Shown here: positions 30,582 to 40,900 of the stretch, in pieces
Layout of the letters: every line of letters starts with the position of its first letter
How positions within the stretch are numbered: the first letter of the stretch is position 1
Virus record (IMG/VR): IMGVR_UViG_3300020438_000029
Location: 3,462 to 67,461 of that record
DNA: 64,000 nucleotides
DNA from: a virus
Taxonomy: Duplodnaviria > Caudoviricetes
Reading direction: 5' to 3' (one strand)
Notes under the pieces: model-generated
What the model saw: the letters and a program-made list of their open reading frames with translations, nothing else
Told to the model about the DNA's origin: nothing
Databases searched by the model: none
Made by a program: the position numbers and the translations under genes

Positions 30582-32093
30582 TTAGTATACTACTACAACA
30601 GCTCCGGATCCGCCAGTCGGGTAAAGTCTGTTACCGCCACCGCCAGCGCCTGCTGCTTCTTTTGATGTTGCTCCAAAACCAAATTTAAAGTCTGCTACAT
30701 TAGTTCCGTCTCTAGATTTCATTGTTGATAATGGAATAATACTGTTACTTGACGGTCTATTAGAATCTATATCCTTAGAATAACCTAATGAATAATATAG
30801 AGCGCCACCGCCGCCTCCACCGTAAAGGTTTTCCATAGCAGCACATGCACCACATGCACCACTGCCGTAAATAAAGCTAAAGTGATCTTGGCCAAATCCA
30901 ATATAACACACAGTTGTATCAGAAGTTCCTGAGGCACTGCCGCCTCCGCCTGCTGATGGTGTTAACAATGTTGCATCACTTACACCATTATATCCGTCGG
31001 CATGCGAACTACCTGCTTCTGAACCAATGCCTACCGGACAGTTTGTTACTTGGAAAGTATCGTCGTTTGATGGATACATTTGTCCACCGGCTCCGCCGCC
31101 TGCTGACTTAGCAAAGTTAGTTACACCGGACGAGCTGCCGCCGCCGCCGCCGCTGACACACAAGTATACGCCGTTACACATTCTTTGGCAAATACACTGT
31201 GACCACGGCATGTTATAGTAACATCTTCCGCCGAACACGTTATGATATGTTACCATACATAGGCAGTTAAAATTACTCTCGCCGCCCCAGTAGAAGCAAC
31301 AACCGCATTGATTACTGTTTATTCCCTGAGTTGGTTTTAAATATGCTCGTGTACAAGTGCAATTACATCTGCAGCCGCCGAATGTATAATCATAACCACG
31401 GGCTGTCCAATATGTTTGAGTACAGCCTTCACCAACGCTACTAGATACCGTACCAGTGTCGGTATAATTAGATGTAAGTGATCCGTCAACTTCACTGTCT
31501 TCTCTAAAGTACGGAATAAACACGCCTGCGCCGCCAGTTCTATTAATATCACCGCCTGCTGCTGTTCCGCCTGCGTTAAAGTAACCATTAATACAATTTC
31601 TATAACCACAAACTGGAAGATCAAATCCTAAACTAACTTCATTATCGAGGGTGTTATCTCTTGCAGTTGAATTCGATGTACAATTCCATGATATTGTTGT
31701 ATCTGTTGCGTTATTTGCTGTTACTGTAGTGCCTCCAATTGATGCACTACTTGCTGACAACCCGCCTACAGAGCCAATGTTAATAGTCATTGACGAACCA
31801 GGTGCTACGCCATCAAATGTTTTTTCTGCATAGCCACCGCCGGCTCCTACAAGGTGCCCTACAAAGTTTAAACAGTATTCAGTTCCTGGAGTTGCTACTC
31901 CTGAACAACAAGCTGAGCTACTTTCAAAACAGAATTCTGTATTTCTATAGTTACTACCTGCACCAATAACAAAAACTTTAGCTTTGCTTACCCCTGCCGG
32001 GACTGACCATGATGATGTTCCTGGTGATGTAAAAACTTCGGCTCTTGTATAGCCTTGTTCAACACCACTACTTCCTGATATAAATCTTCCCAT
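30582..32093 (-). CDS. Gly/Cys-rich adhesin-like fibre-tip protein
   Basis: FTSPGT..W.VPAGV, GAGGGYAEK, GGSGAVVVVY glycine-rich framework; about 26 Cys by manual count. Confidence 0.7.
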   Translation of the reverse strand: MGRFISGSSGVEQGYTRAEVFTSPGTSSWSVPAGVSKAKVFVIGAGSNYRNTEFCFESSSACCSGVATPGTEYCLNFVGHLVGAGGGYAEKTFDGVAPGSSMTINIGSVGGLSASSASIGGTTVTANNATDTTISWNCTSNSTARDNTLDNEVSLGFDLPVCGYRNCINGYFNAGGTAAGGDINRTGGAGVFIPYFREDSEVDGSLTSNYTDTGTVSSSVGEGCTQTYWTARGYDYTFGGCRCNCTCTRAYLKPTQGINSNQCGCCFYWGGESNFNCLCMVTYHNVFGGRCYYNMPWSQCICQRMCNGVYLCVSGGGGGSSSGVTNFAKSAGGGAGGQMYPSNDDTFQVTNCPVGIGSEAGSSHADGYNGVSDATLLTPSAGGGGSASGTSDTTVCYIGFGQDHFSFIYGSGACGACAAMENLYGGGGGGALYYSLGYSKDIDSNRPSSNSIIPLSTMKSRDGTNVADFKFGFGATSKEAAGAGGGGNRLYPTGGSGAVVVVY

Positions 32094-32105
32094 AATATTA
32101 TTTCC

Positions 32106-32423
32106 TTACGCTGTTGAGGTTACTATGCCGTATGCAATTGCATTTACATCTACAGCACTCGATCTTACTACAATACGCTGATCTGCTCCTACTACAACAC
32201 CGGTTCTTTCTATCACACCTTTTGGTGGTACACCAACATCGTATTCAATGTATTCTGCGTTAGTTGGTACATCAGCATCTGCTATTGCTATTCTAGCAGT
32301 AACAGTACTGCCACTGCGGTTAACAATGTTAACTGTTGCTATAGCAAATGTGCTTGCCGGTGCTGTGTATAAAACTGTGTCAGCATTTGCTGATAAGTTC
32401 TGTGCTCCTAATTTTCCTGACAT
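32106..32423 (-). CDS. Small beta-sandwich virion protein (paralogue family)
   Basis: LYTAPA, VNIVNR, YIEYDV; similar to 42799..43128 and 49758..50285. Confidence 0.65.
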   Translation of the reverse strand: MSGKLGAQNLSANADTVLYTAPASTFAIATVNIVNRSGSTVTARIAIADADVPTNAEYIEYDVGVPPKGVIERTGVVVGADQRIVVRSSAVDVNAIAYGIVTSTA

Positions 32424-32436
32424 TTTTTAATCTCCA

Positions 32437-35400
32437 TTATCTCTGTAAAAAGTAGTTTAGTGCTAACGGACTACCAGAAATACCACCGGTAAAATTCGCT
32501 CTGCTTGTTATATTTATCGTACCATCAGTTACGTGATTAATAGTATTTAGTTGTATTTTCACATTACCTGCTTGTATACTGTTAACATTTAGATTACTGC
32601 CACCGCCACCAATTTGTGACTGGATGTAAGTTCTAATTGCTTTTTGTGTTGGCACAATGCTATCGCTATTTGCAGCAAATGTGCCGTCTGTGCTAAATTC
32701 GTTAATAGCAGTATTTGAGCTTCCTAGTGTAATAACACCAAGTTGCAATTCTTGTAGACCTGCTAAGTTAAACGCATCAGCATTAAGTGTTGATTTACCT
32801 GTTGACTGTTCAACACTAAACAGTTCACCAACTCTAAAGTTGCCGTCTTGGTCAGTACTTGTGTAGAACACTCTGCCGCCGCCGCCTTCTTTTGTTTCGT
32901 CAGCTGCATCAGGTGCTGTACTTGGAGTACCTGGATAGTTAGTATCTGTAAAGTTACCAGTGCCGATATCTAAGAAATCGTGTCCTGTTAAACGCACCTG
33001 TGAATAACGTATTCTTACTTCTGCTGCTACAGCATGTTCTGGTGCATCTGTAATTGTAACTTCTGGTGACACTTGAAGTGTAGCAGTATAAGGTCCTGTA
33101 CCTAGTAAGTTTGTTACATTAACAAGTTTATAATAGTTACTATCTCCTGCAAATGTTACGTTAGCACCTTCTTGTGGTATTTCTGTTAAACCTTCTAAGT
33201 TTACAAATTTACCATTTTGATAGATATCTCCATAACCGTCGCCAGTTACAAAACCATCTGCACTTTCCCAGTCAACGCCTCTGTTTTGGAAACTAGGTTG
33301 TGCAAGTGCGCCATCGCCTACTCTAACAGTCCATGTTGAGTCTACTGTATTACTTGGATCAGTTAGTGTTACTGTTGGTGGTGTTGCATATCCTGAACCT
33401 GGTTCAATAACCCTAATATTAGAAATTGCTCCACTTGCAGATGCTGCTCTTAGTATAGCTTGTGTAAAGTTTCCACTTGATGCGCCTACTGCATTTGCAT
33501 CTTCACAACCGTATGCCCAAGTGCCAGTACCGTATCCGACTGCTTGCCATAAGTTTTGTGATGGCATAACTTGTGCTGTCCAAACAATTCCGTCTGGTGA
33601 TGTAGCTGCTTTTGTAGTTCCGCCGGTGTCTTTTGCAACACTTAGGAATGTTCCTTGACCGTACTTAACTGTACTCCAGTCTGCACTTGAACTCATAGTT
33701 GTTGCTGTCCAGTTAACACCGTCAAAACTAATAGCTGCTTCGTCTGTGCCAATTGCTGTTGCAACAAAACGTCCATTACCGTATGCAATTGCACTATATG
33801 TTCCTGCACCTAATGTTGGAAGTGCTCCTGCACTCCATGTTGTACCATCATTCAACGAGTAAGAAGTTACACCATTTGCTGCTATTGCTAACCATGTATT
33901 TGCTGCTGAGCTATACACTACATCTAAAAATGCATCGCTGCCAGCAACTGAACCGCCTACAGTATAGGTTGTACCGTCATATACGCCTGTTACTCTTGTA
34001 GTATTATCGATATGAACAATTACATCTTTAGCTATTTCTAATACATCTGCTGTATTTCCGCCAAGTCCATAACCTGCCCAAGATGCTCCGTCATCTGTTG
34101 AAAATGCAAAAACATTTCCTGAATGAGTTGCAGCAAAGTAGGCAGTTCCGCCTATTTTGCCGCCTTTAATCTTACCTAGGTTATTAGTGCTGATTCCTCC
34201 TCCTGCTGACCATGCTATTCCGTCTGTTGATGTATCAACAACTGCGCTTCCAGCAGTTACCGTTGCAAAAACATTTCCGTTATATGCAATGTCATCAACT
34301 GCTCTTGAACTACTATAGTTTGTATTTCCTGTAATAGTTTGGGTTGGCGCAGCTACAACAACTCTAGGTTCAACACTGTATGTTGATACTGCGTTTGGAG
34401 CAACAATAGTTGTTCCAGGAATCAAATGATCCCAGCCGGCTGTACCAGTGCTTGGTTTTAATATTGTAGCAACTTTTGTTCCTGAATTGTATGTGTCAAC
34501 ATATCCATATTGTCCAGCACCGTTACCTGTCTTAATGAATATCATCATTCCGACATATGCTGAAGATGGTGCAGTTTCTGAACCAGCTAATGTAATTTGT
34601 GAAGTAGTACCTGCCTGTGCAGTGTTAGCTGAAGCTCTGTAATCTTCGCCTTCTGTTAATAATCTAACTTCAAAAATTCCGTTATCTCTAATTTCATCAC
34701 CTACTAATACTTGATCATATCCAATACCGCTAAACGTGTATGTATTATTTTCTGTAGTGTAATTAGTACCTGCATTATTATATTCTAATGCTAATATTTC
34801 AGTAGCATCAGTATATACTCTGCCAATTTGTGCTTCGTAATATCTGTTGTTTACTGTAGCAGTTACAGCAGTTTCTGTATCATCTACACCTTCTGCTACT
34901 GATCCAAATGCACCATATGAGTTGTTACCGTTGGTAGCACGAATCTTGCCGCCGTTTTCTGCAAGGTAGCCAATGTGGTTGTAGTATGTAAACACACTAA
35001 CAAGTTCTGATCTACCTAAGTTTGTAACCCAATATCCAATGCCATCGCTTAATACTTGTGTAAAGTCGTTAGCAACAATTGAATCATTTCCACCGTCGTG
35101 TAGTGCTCCGTCAACTTTAAGACCAATACATGCTGTTCCTAAAGAAGTTACGTTTTGTATATAAGGAGATCTACTTGCAATCCAAACTCTAGTATCTGCT
35201 GGACCCCATCCTGCGTCTAAACTTACATATGCTCCTGCACTTGGACGCTTAGTACCGTATGCATTATCACTGCCCAATGTGCCTGTTAAGCCTGTTACTG
35301 TACAGTTTCTAATACCTGATGCGTCTCTTACATAGAACATATCTTCTTCTACTGATCCAAGTACAGCGTTTACATAGTATCTACCAGCTAATAATGCTTT

Positions 35401-37884
35401 ATAGTTACCAGTATAAATCAAATCGTATTTTACTGCATCTAAATATCTGTTTACATCTCTTGAACACTTAGCAATATCGTATGTATATGAAGGATATGTT
35501 GCTGCAATATATGCGTGGACTTCTGCTACTAAGAATGCTCTGTTTGCTTCAATACATTCTACAGCAAAAGTATAATCAGTATGAGTTTGCGGAGTGTTTG
35601 TACCAGCAATAACTGGAACAGTTGAATCTCCTGTTGCACCATTGATACCGTAATCAATGTAGTCATAAACTTGCTGCATTATGTTTGCTGCCGCCGCGCC
35701 TGCTACTGCTGCGCCTGAAGGTCTTGTTGTTACTTGTGTCTCTGCATTTCCAGATGTTTTTGTAACTGAACCGTTTGTTGCAATATCGCTCATAATAGCC
35801 TGTAGTCTTGATATTGCATCTAAGCTATATGATACATCACCCGAAGGTGTAATAGCTCCCATCGGTGCAATTCTAGTTGAACGTAGCTCATCGCCTATAA
35901 TTGCACATCTTTCTGGAACAATCATTGGAAGTACTTCTTTAAACTCGCCTGTTTTAACAAACAACGAAGTATTAGGTTTAAGTTCTACAGGAATATCTGT
36001 AGGCACTGTTGCATCAAGTGCTGCTGTAATTATGTTAATTAATCTAGTTAGTGTGAGTTGATCGCTAGGTAATTCTACCAATGTTGCGTCAATTTGTTGT
36101 GTAATTGGACTACCAACACTGTTTAGTGTTTGATAATTTGCTGCTGGTGCTGCATTACTAATAACAGCATCGACCACTTCTTCCATGTAGTCTAACGTTG
36201 CTGATAATTGTTGGTATTCATCTTGTATACTAGCAATTAATGCACCACTATCAAAATAAGTTAGTGTAGCAGCTCTAGTTCTTGCATTGCCACCGTGTCC
36301 TAAGTCCCAAATAAGTGCATCAACAATTTGACCAATGTCTCTTGCACATTTTACTTTATCATCTTGAGTAAATCCATCCCAAATACTTCCGCCAGCAGCA
36401 TTAGCAATTTGCCAATCTACCCACTCAGTTGCTTCTGCAGCAATAAAACTTCTATTAAGTTCTAGTAATTTTTGTGCGCCAGTACTGTTATGTCCAATAT
36501 CAATTCTTTCTAAACCATAACGTACAGTTTTGAAAGGTTTATCTAATGTATATCCATAATCAATACTATCTGTACCATTATCAGCAACATAAAATACATT
36601 GTTGATAATACCAAAATCGGCCCATTCTAAGTTTGAATCATTAACTTTTAATACTTGACCATCTGTACCAAGTGGTAATCTTGCAGGACCTGCTCCGGAG
36701 TAATAAACAATATCTCCGTCAGTTGTTAATACTGTAGTTTCAGCACCACCTACCATTTGGTTCCAATAAGAACCTACTAAATCTTGGTCTGGTCTGTTTT
36801 GTGTAACTGTTTCATCTGCTGTGTGTTCTGCAACACAAACATAACTTGAGTTATCATATCTAACCAGGTCGCCAGCATCATAGTATGTTGCATCTGTCCA
36901 ATCACCGTTCCATTCTTGACCTTGGTTTAAGCGATTCCAATATGTATCATTAGGTGGACGGTTGCCAGTACTATCAGCTGTACACAAGTATGTGTAACCA
37001 CCAACGCGGACAACGTCTCCCGTTTTATACGCAACGGCATTGTCATAATCTCCAATAAATTTAAAGCCTGTTGAAAACACGTCCCAATCTGTTTGTGCTG
37101 TAGTTGTAGGAGTTGTGCCAGTATGATTTTCTACAGCAACATACTGATAGCCGCCATAGTTTACAATATCGCCTCTTTGGTAAGCAGTAGAGTTACTCCA
37201 TGTATCTTCAAATTCTAAACCTTCTACAAATTGTACCCAGTAAGCTGCGTCGGTTACAAATGCTGTTGAATCTGAAGTGTGTCCTTGTAGGCACAACCAC
37301 AGTCCGCCGCCGCGTTTAACAACGTCATTTAACTTATATCGTGTATCAGTTGCCCAATTATTTTTATAATCAAAACCTGTATTTAAACTATCCCAATTAA
37401 CAACGTTTGCTTCTAAGCCTAAGGCTAAAGTAGCTGCACTAGTATGGCCAGTAATACAACGATAAAGTCCAGCGCCGTACTTAACTAAATCACCAACTTT
37501 GTAATAAGTGTCGATAGCCCAACTTGATTTCCAATCAAAGGATGGCTGAGCAAATGTATCCCATTTAGATTGATCACTTTCAAGTAGTGCTTGCGACATG
37601 TGCCCAGTAGTACAAATATATACAGTTGAACCATATTTTACAAGGTCATTTAATTCATACTGTGTACTAGCTTGCCAGTCACTTCTCCATTTTTGACCAT
37701 CTGTCATTAGTTCCCATTTATTAGTTCCTAAATCTAGGTTAAAGTCTGATAAAGAAGTATGTCCGGTAACACATAGATATGTTTTACCGTTTACTAAAAC
37801 TACGTCATCGACATAGTAAGTTGTAGAAGTTACCCAATTGTTTTTCCAAACAAATCTAATTCTACCTAATTTAAACTCAGCCAT
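32437..37884 (-). CDS. Large virion appendage protein with CBM5/12-like repeats (1815 aa)
   Basis: N-terminal W...Y...D.V.Y.G..Y.C...H repeats, KCxRD helices, beta-helix-like region, S.DG..W propeller repeats; paralogue of 37921..42402. Confidence 0.75.
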   Translation of the reverse strand: MAEFKLGRIRFVWKNNWVTSTTYYVDDVVLVNGKTYLCVTGHTSLSDFNLDLGTNKWELMTDGQKWRSDWQASTQYELNDLVKYGSTVYICTTGHMSQALLESDQSKWDTFAQPSFDWKSSWAIDTYYKVGDLVKYGAGLYRCITGHTSAATLALGLEANVVNWDSLNTGFDYKNNWATDTRYKLNDVVKRGGGLWLCLQGHTSDSTAFVTDAAYWVQFVEGLEFEDTWSNSTAYQRGDIVNYGGYQYVAVENHTGTTPTTTAQTDWDVFSTGFKFIGDYDNAVAYKTGDVVRVGGYTYLCTADSTGNRPPNDTYWNRLNQGQEWNGDWTDATYYDAGDLVRYDNSSYVCVAEHTADETVTQNRPDQDLVGSYWNQMVGGAETTVLTTDGDIVYYSGAGPARLPLGTDGQVLKVNDSNLEWADFGIINNVFYVADNGTDSIDYGYTLDKPFKTVRYGLERIDIGHNSTGAQKLLELNRSFIAAEATEWVDWQIANAAGGSIWDGFTQDDKVKCARDIGQIVDALIWDLGHGGNARTRAATLTYFDSGALIASIQDEYQQLSATLDYMEEVVDAVISNAAPAANYQTLNSVGSPITQQIDATLVELPSDQLTLTRLINIITAALDATVPTDIPVELKPNTSLFVKTGEFKEVLPMIVPERCAIIGDELRSTRIAPMGAITPSGDVSYSLDAISRLQAIMSDIATNGSVTKTSGNAETQVTTRPSGAAVAGAAAANIMQQVYDYIDYGINGATGDSTVPVIAGTNTPQTHTDYTFAVECIEANRAFLVAEVHAYIAATYPSYTYDIAKCSRDVNRYLDAVKYDLIYTGNYKALLAGRYYVNAVLGSVEEDMFYVRDASGIRNCTVTGLTGTLGSDNAYGTKRPSAGAYVSLDAGWGPADTRVWIASRSPYIQNVTSLGTACIGLKVDGALHDGGNDSIVANDFTQVLSDGIGYWVTNLGRSELVSVFTYYNHIGYLAENGGKIRATNGNNSYGAFGSVAEGVDDTETAVTATVNNRYYEAQIGRVYTDATEILALEYNNAGTNYTTENNTYTFSGIGYDQVLVGDEIRDNGIFEVRLLTEGEDYRASANTAQAGTTSQITLAGSETAPSSAYVGMMIFIKTGNGAGQYGYVDTYNSGTKVATILKPSTGTAGWDHLIPGTTIVAPNAVSTYSVEPRVVVAAPTQTITGNTNYSSSRAVDDIAYNGNVFATVTAGSAVVDTSTDGIAWSAGGGISTNNLGKIKGGKIGGTAYFAATHSGNVFAFSTDDGASWAGYGLGGNTADVLEIAKDVIVHIDNTTRVTGVYDGTTYTVGGSVAGSDAFLDVVYSSAANTWLAIAANGVTSYSLNDGTTWSAGALPTLGAGTYSAIAYGNGRFVATAIGTDEAAISFDGVNWTATTMSSSADWSTVKYGQGTFLSVAKDTGGTTKAATSPDGIVWTAQVMPSQNLWQAVGYGTGTWAYGCEDANAVGASSGNFTQAILRAASASGAISNIRVIEPGSGYATPPTVTLTDPSNTVDSTWTVRVGDGALAQPSFQNRGVDWESADGFVTGDGYGDIYQNGKFVNLEGLTEIPQEGANVTFAGDSNYYKLVNVTNLLGTGPYTATLQVSPEVTITDAPEHAVAAEVRIRYSQVRLTGHDFLDIGTGNFTDTNYPGTPSTAPDAADETKEGGGGRVFYTSTDQDGNFRVGELFSVEQSTGKSTLNADAFNLAGLQELQLGVITLGSSNTAINEFSTDGTFAANSDSIVPTQKAIRTYIQSQIGGGGSNLNVNSIQAGNVKIQLNTINHVTDGTINITSRANFTGGISGSPLALNYFLQR

Positions 37885-37920
37885 TGCTTACTCCAAAATT
37901 TTGTGTCTTCTTATACATAT

Positions 37921-40900
37921 TTAGCCATTCCCATTCAAGAACAGCGTAGCTTTCAACATATCACCTAATACGCCGTCGGTGAAATTTATTTGATCTTCAA
38001 AATTAACTACTCCAGTTGGAGAGCTTATTTCGTCTTGATTTAGTATATTTGTTTGTCCTGCTAATAATCCACTGACTACAACATCTGCGCCACCGCCGCC
38101 GATTTGTGCTTCAATAAATGTTTTTAGTGCTTTTTGTGTTGGTACAATATTATCACTGTTAGCAGCTAGTACACCATCTGTACTAAATTCTCTAACAACT
38201 GCACTAGTGCCGCCTAATGACACGCCGCCTAATCTTAATTCAGTTAATCCAGACAGCTGGAAGTCATCAGCGTTCAGTGTAATAACACCAGTAGCCTGTT
38301 CAACCTTAAACAATTCACCAACTCTAAAGTTGCCGTCTTGGTCAGTACTTGTGTAGAACACTCTACCACCTCCACTGTCAACTGCTTCGTTAGGTTGGCT
38401 AGGTTCGTTTGCAGAATCAAAGCCAGTTATATATCTTTGAGGATATTCGGTAGATCCAATATTTCCTGTACCAATATCTAAGAAATCGTGTCCTGTTAAA
38501 CGTACCTGACTGTAACTTTCTCTAATAGTAATACCTGTTGCATGTGCTTGTGTCGTATTTGATTTTAAATACGGTGTTATTGCTAATGTTGCTGTAAAGT
38601 TTGGAGCAGTTCCGGTAATATTTGAAATATCAACTACAGCATAAATTGTATCAGTTCCTGTAAATTCTAAGTTTGCTCCTGGTCCTGGAATCAATGACAA
38701 TCCTGTAACATCAATAGTTGATCCAACTGGATACTGGTCTGCATAACCAGCTCCTGATACAGTTGCAACAAACGCAGACACATAATTTGAACCTCTGCTT
38801 GTCCATGTAGGTTGTGCTAATACACCATCTCCGATTCTTACTTCCCATGCTCCGGGAGAGGTAGCGTTTGGGTCTATAATTGTAATGGTTGGCGGTGTAG
38901 ATGAAACATAACCTGAACCTGGTTCAATAATTTTGAACACGTTTAATCCTCCGCCGGAGATAGCAAGTCTTATAAACGCTGTTGTACCGCTAGTCGGATC
39001 GTCTACAATAACTCTTGGTTCGATTTGATATCTACTTGTACTATCGGGTTGAACGATAGTCGCTCCAGTAAAGTGTTCCCAGCCAGCCGAATCATCTAAT
39101 TCTTTAGCTACTGTAGCTATTTTTGAGGAGTCATCAAACGCTGTAATATAGCCGTATTGTCCTGCTCCTGCGCCACTAATAATAACTATTCTCATACCGT
39201 TGTAGTTTGCAAAGGTATTAATATCTGCACCTGACAATTTCATAGTACCAAGGCCTAAATCTCCGCCATCTTGTGCATTACCTTGTAATTGTAAATATCC
39301 AGTACCTAATGATAATTCACCGATTCCTGTTAATCTAACTTGGAATATTCCGCCATCTCTAGTACTAGAAGTTGAAGCAGCAGCGCCGCTTCCTGCTCCA
39401 GTAACAGTATAAGTTGTATTTGTATCATACCCTTCGCCTGCATTTGCATATTCTACAGTTAGTACTTCATTACCATCAGTAACTACATTGTTAACAATTG
39501 CTTGTCCTGATCTATTATTTAATGAAGCAGTGATTGGTGTTTCAGTATTATCAACACCTTCTGCAACACTACCATATTTTCCGTATGAGTTGTTACCATT
39601 AGTGCCTCTAATTTTTCCGCCATTCTCTGCAAGATAGCCAATGTGGTTGTAGTATGTAAACACACTAACAAGCTCTGTTCTACCTAAATTTGTACACCAT
39701 ACACCAATACCGTCACTTAGTACCTGTGTAAAGTCGTTAGCAACAATAGAATCGTTGCCGCCGTTGTGCAGGTCTCCGTCAATTTTTAATCCTGTACATC
39801 CAGTACCGATTGTAGTTACATTTTGAATATAAGGAGATCTAGTTTTAATCCAAACACTTTCATCAGTTGGGCCAGTGCCTGGATCCAAACTTACATATGC
39901 TGCATCATTAACTGGGCGTTTGGTGAAGTATTCATTATCAACAGTTAATATGTCAAACAATCCTTGCATTGTTAAATTTCTAATGCCACTAGCATCTCTA
40001 ACATAGAACATCTTAGTTGACTCGTATCCTATTTCTGGTTGAACAACTGTACTTCTTAATTCGTCTCCTACTAATGCACAACCTTCTGGTACACTAATCG
40101 GAAGTTCTTCACTATAAACTCCTGTTTTTATCATTACAGTTGAATTATTACGTTCAGAACGTTTAAAGGCATAAGTGCTGGCGCCGCCAGGATCAGTAAC
40201 AGTATCAGAGTCATAATTAATTGTATCTACAAATGTTTCTGATGAAAACGTTGAAAACACTCTATTTAATTCGTTCCATAAATCATCACATGCTGCTTTA
40301 ACAGTAGGAGTATCTACATCAACTGAACTAGTACCTGCAATATATTTGTTGTAGTATTTTACCCATTGGCGAACGTCAGAAACGCTGCCAGGAACTGCAT
40401 CATCACCATTAAAATCCCAATATCTGTCGTTTGTTCTAGGATTAGTTGAATTAATAAGAGTTGTAAAATTTGGTGCGGTAGTCTCTATTGCTCCTGGATT
40501 TGCAATATATGACATTATACCACGTGCTACAATTTGTCCGTTAAGTTTATCTCTATATGTAGGATTAGCTCTAATTTGATCACATGCATATTTTATTGTT
40601 TTAAATGGTGAGTTTAAACTCTTTCCTCTTTCTGGATTATCAATTCCATCTGGATGTACGTAGAACACATCAGCTATAAGATCAAGATCTTGCCAATCTA
40701 CACTAGTACTTTCTGCACGTAAAACTTGTCCTTCATTACCTCTAGCAAATCTTTGCTTGTTTAGTTTAGCAGGATCGTTTGTATATGTAATTAAATCACC
40801 ACGTGTTGTTAGTACGTTTGATGTTTTACCTTCAGCATGTAAATTCCATGTTACTGAATCAGTATCTGGTCTTTTACCTGTTGTTGATATATGCTTTACT

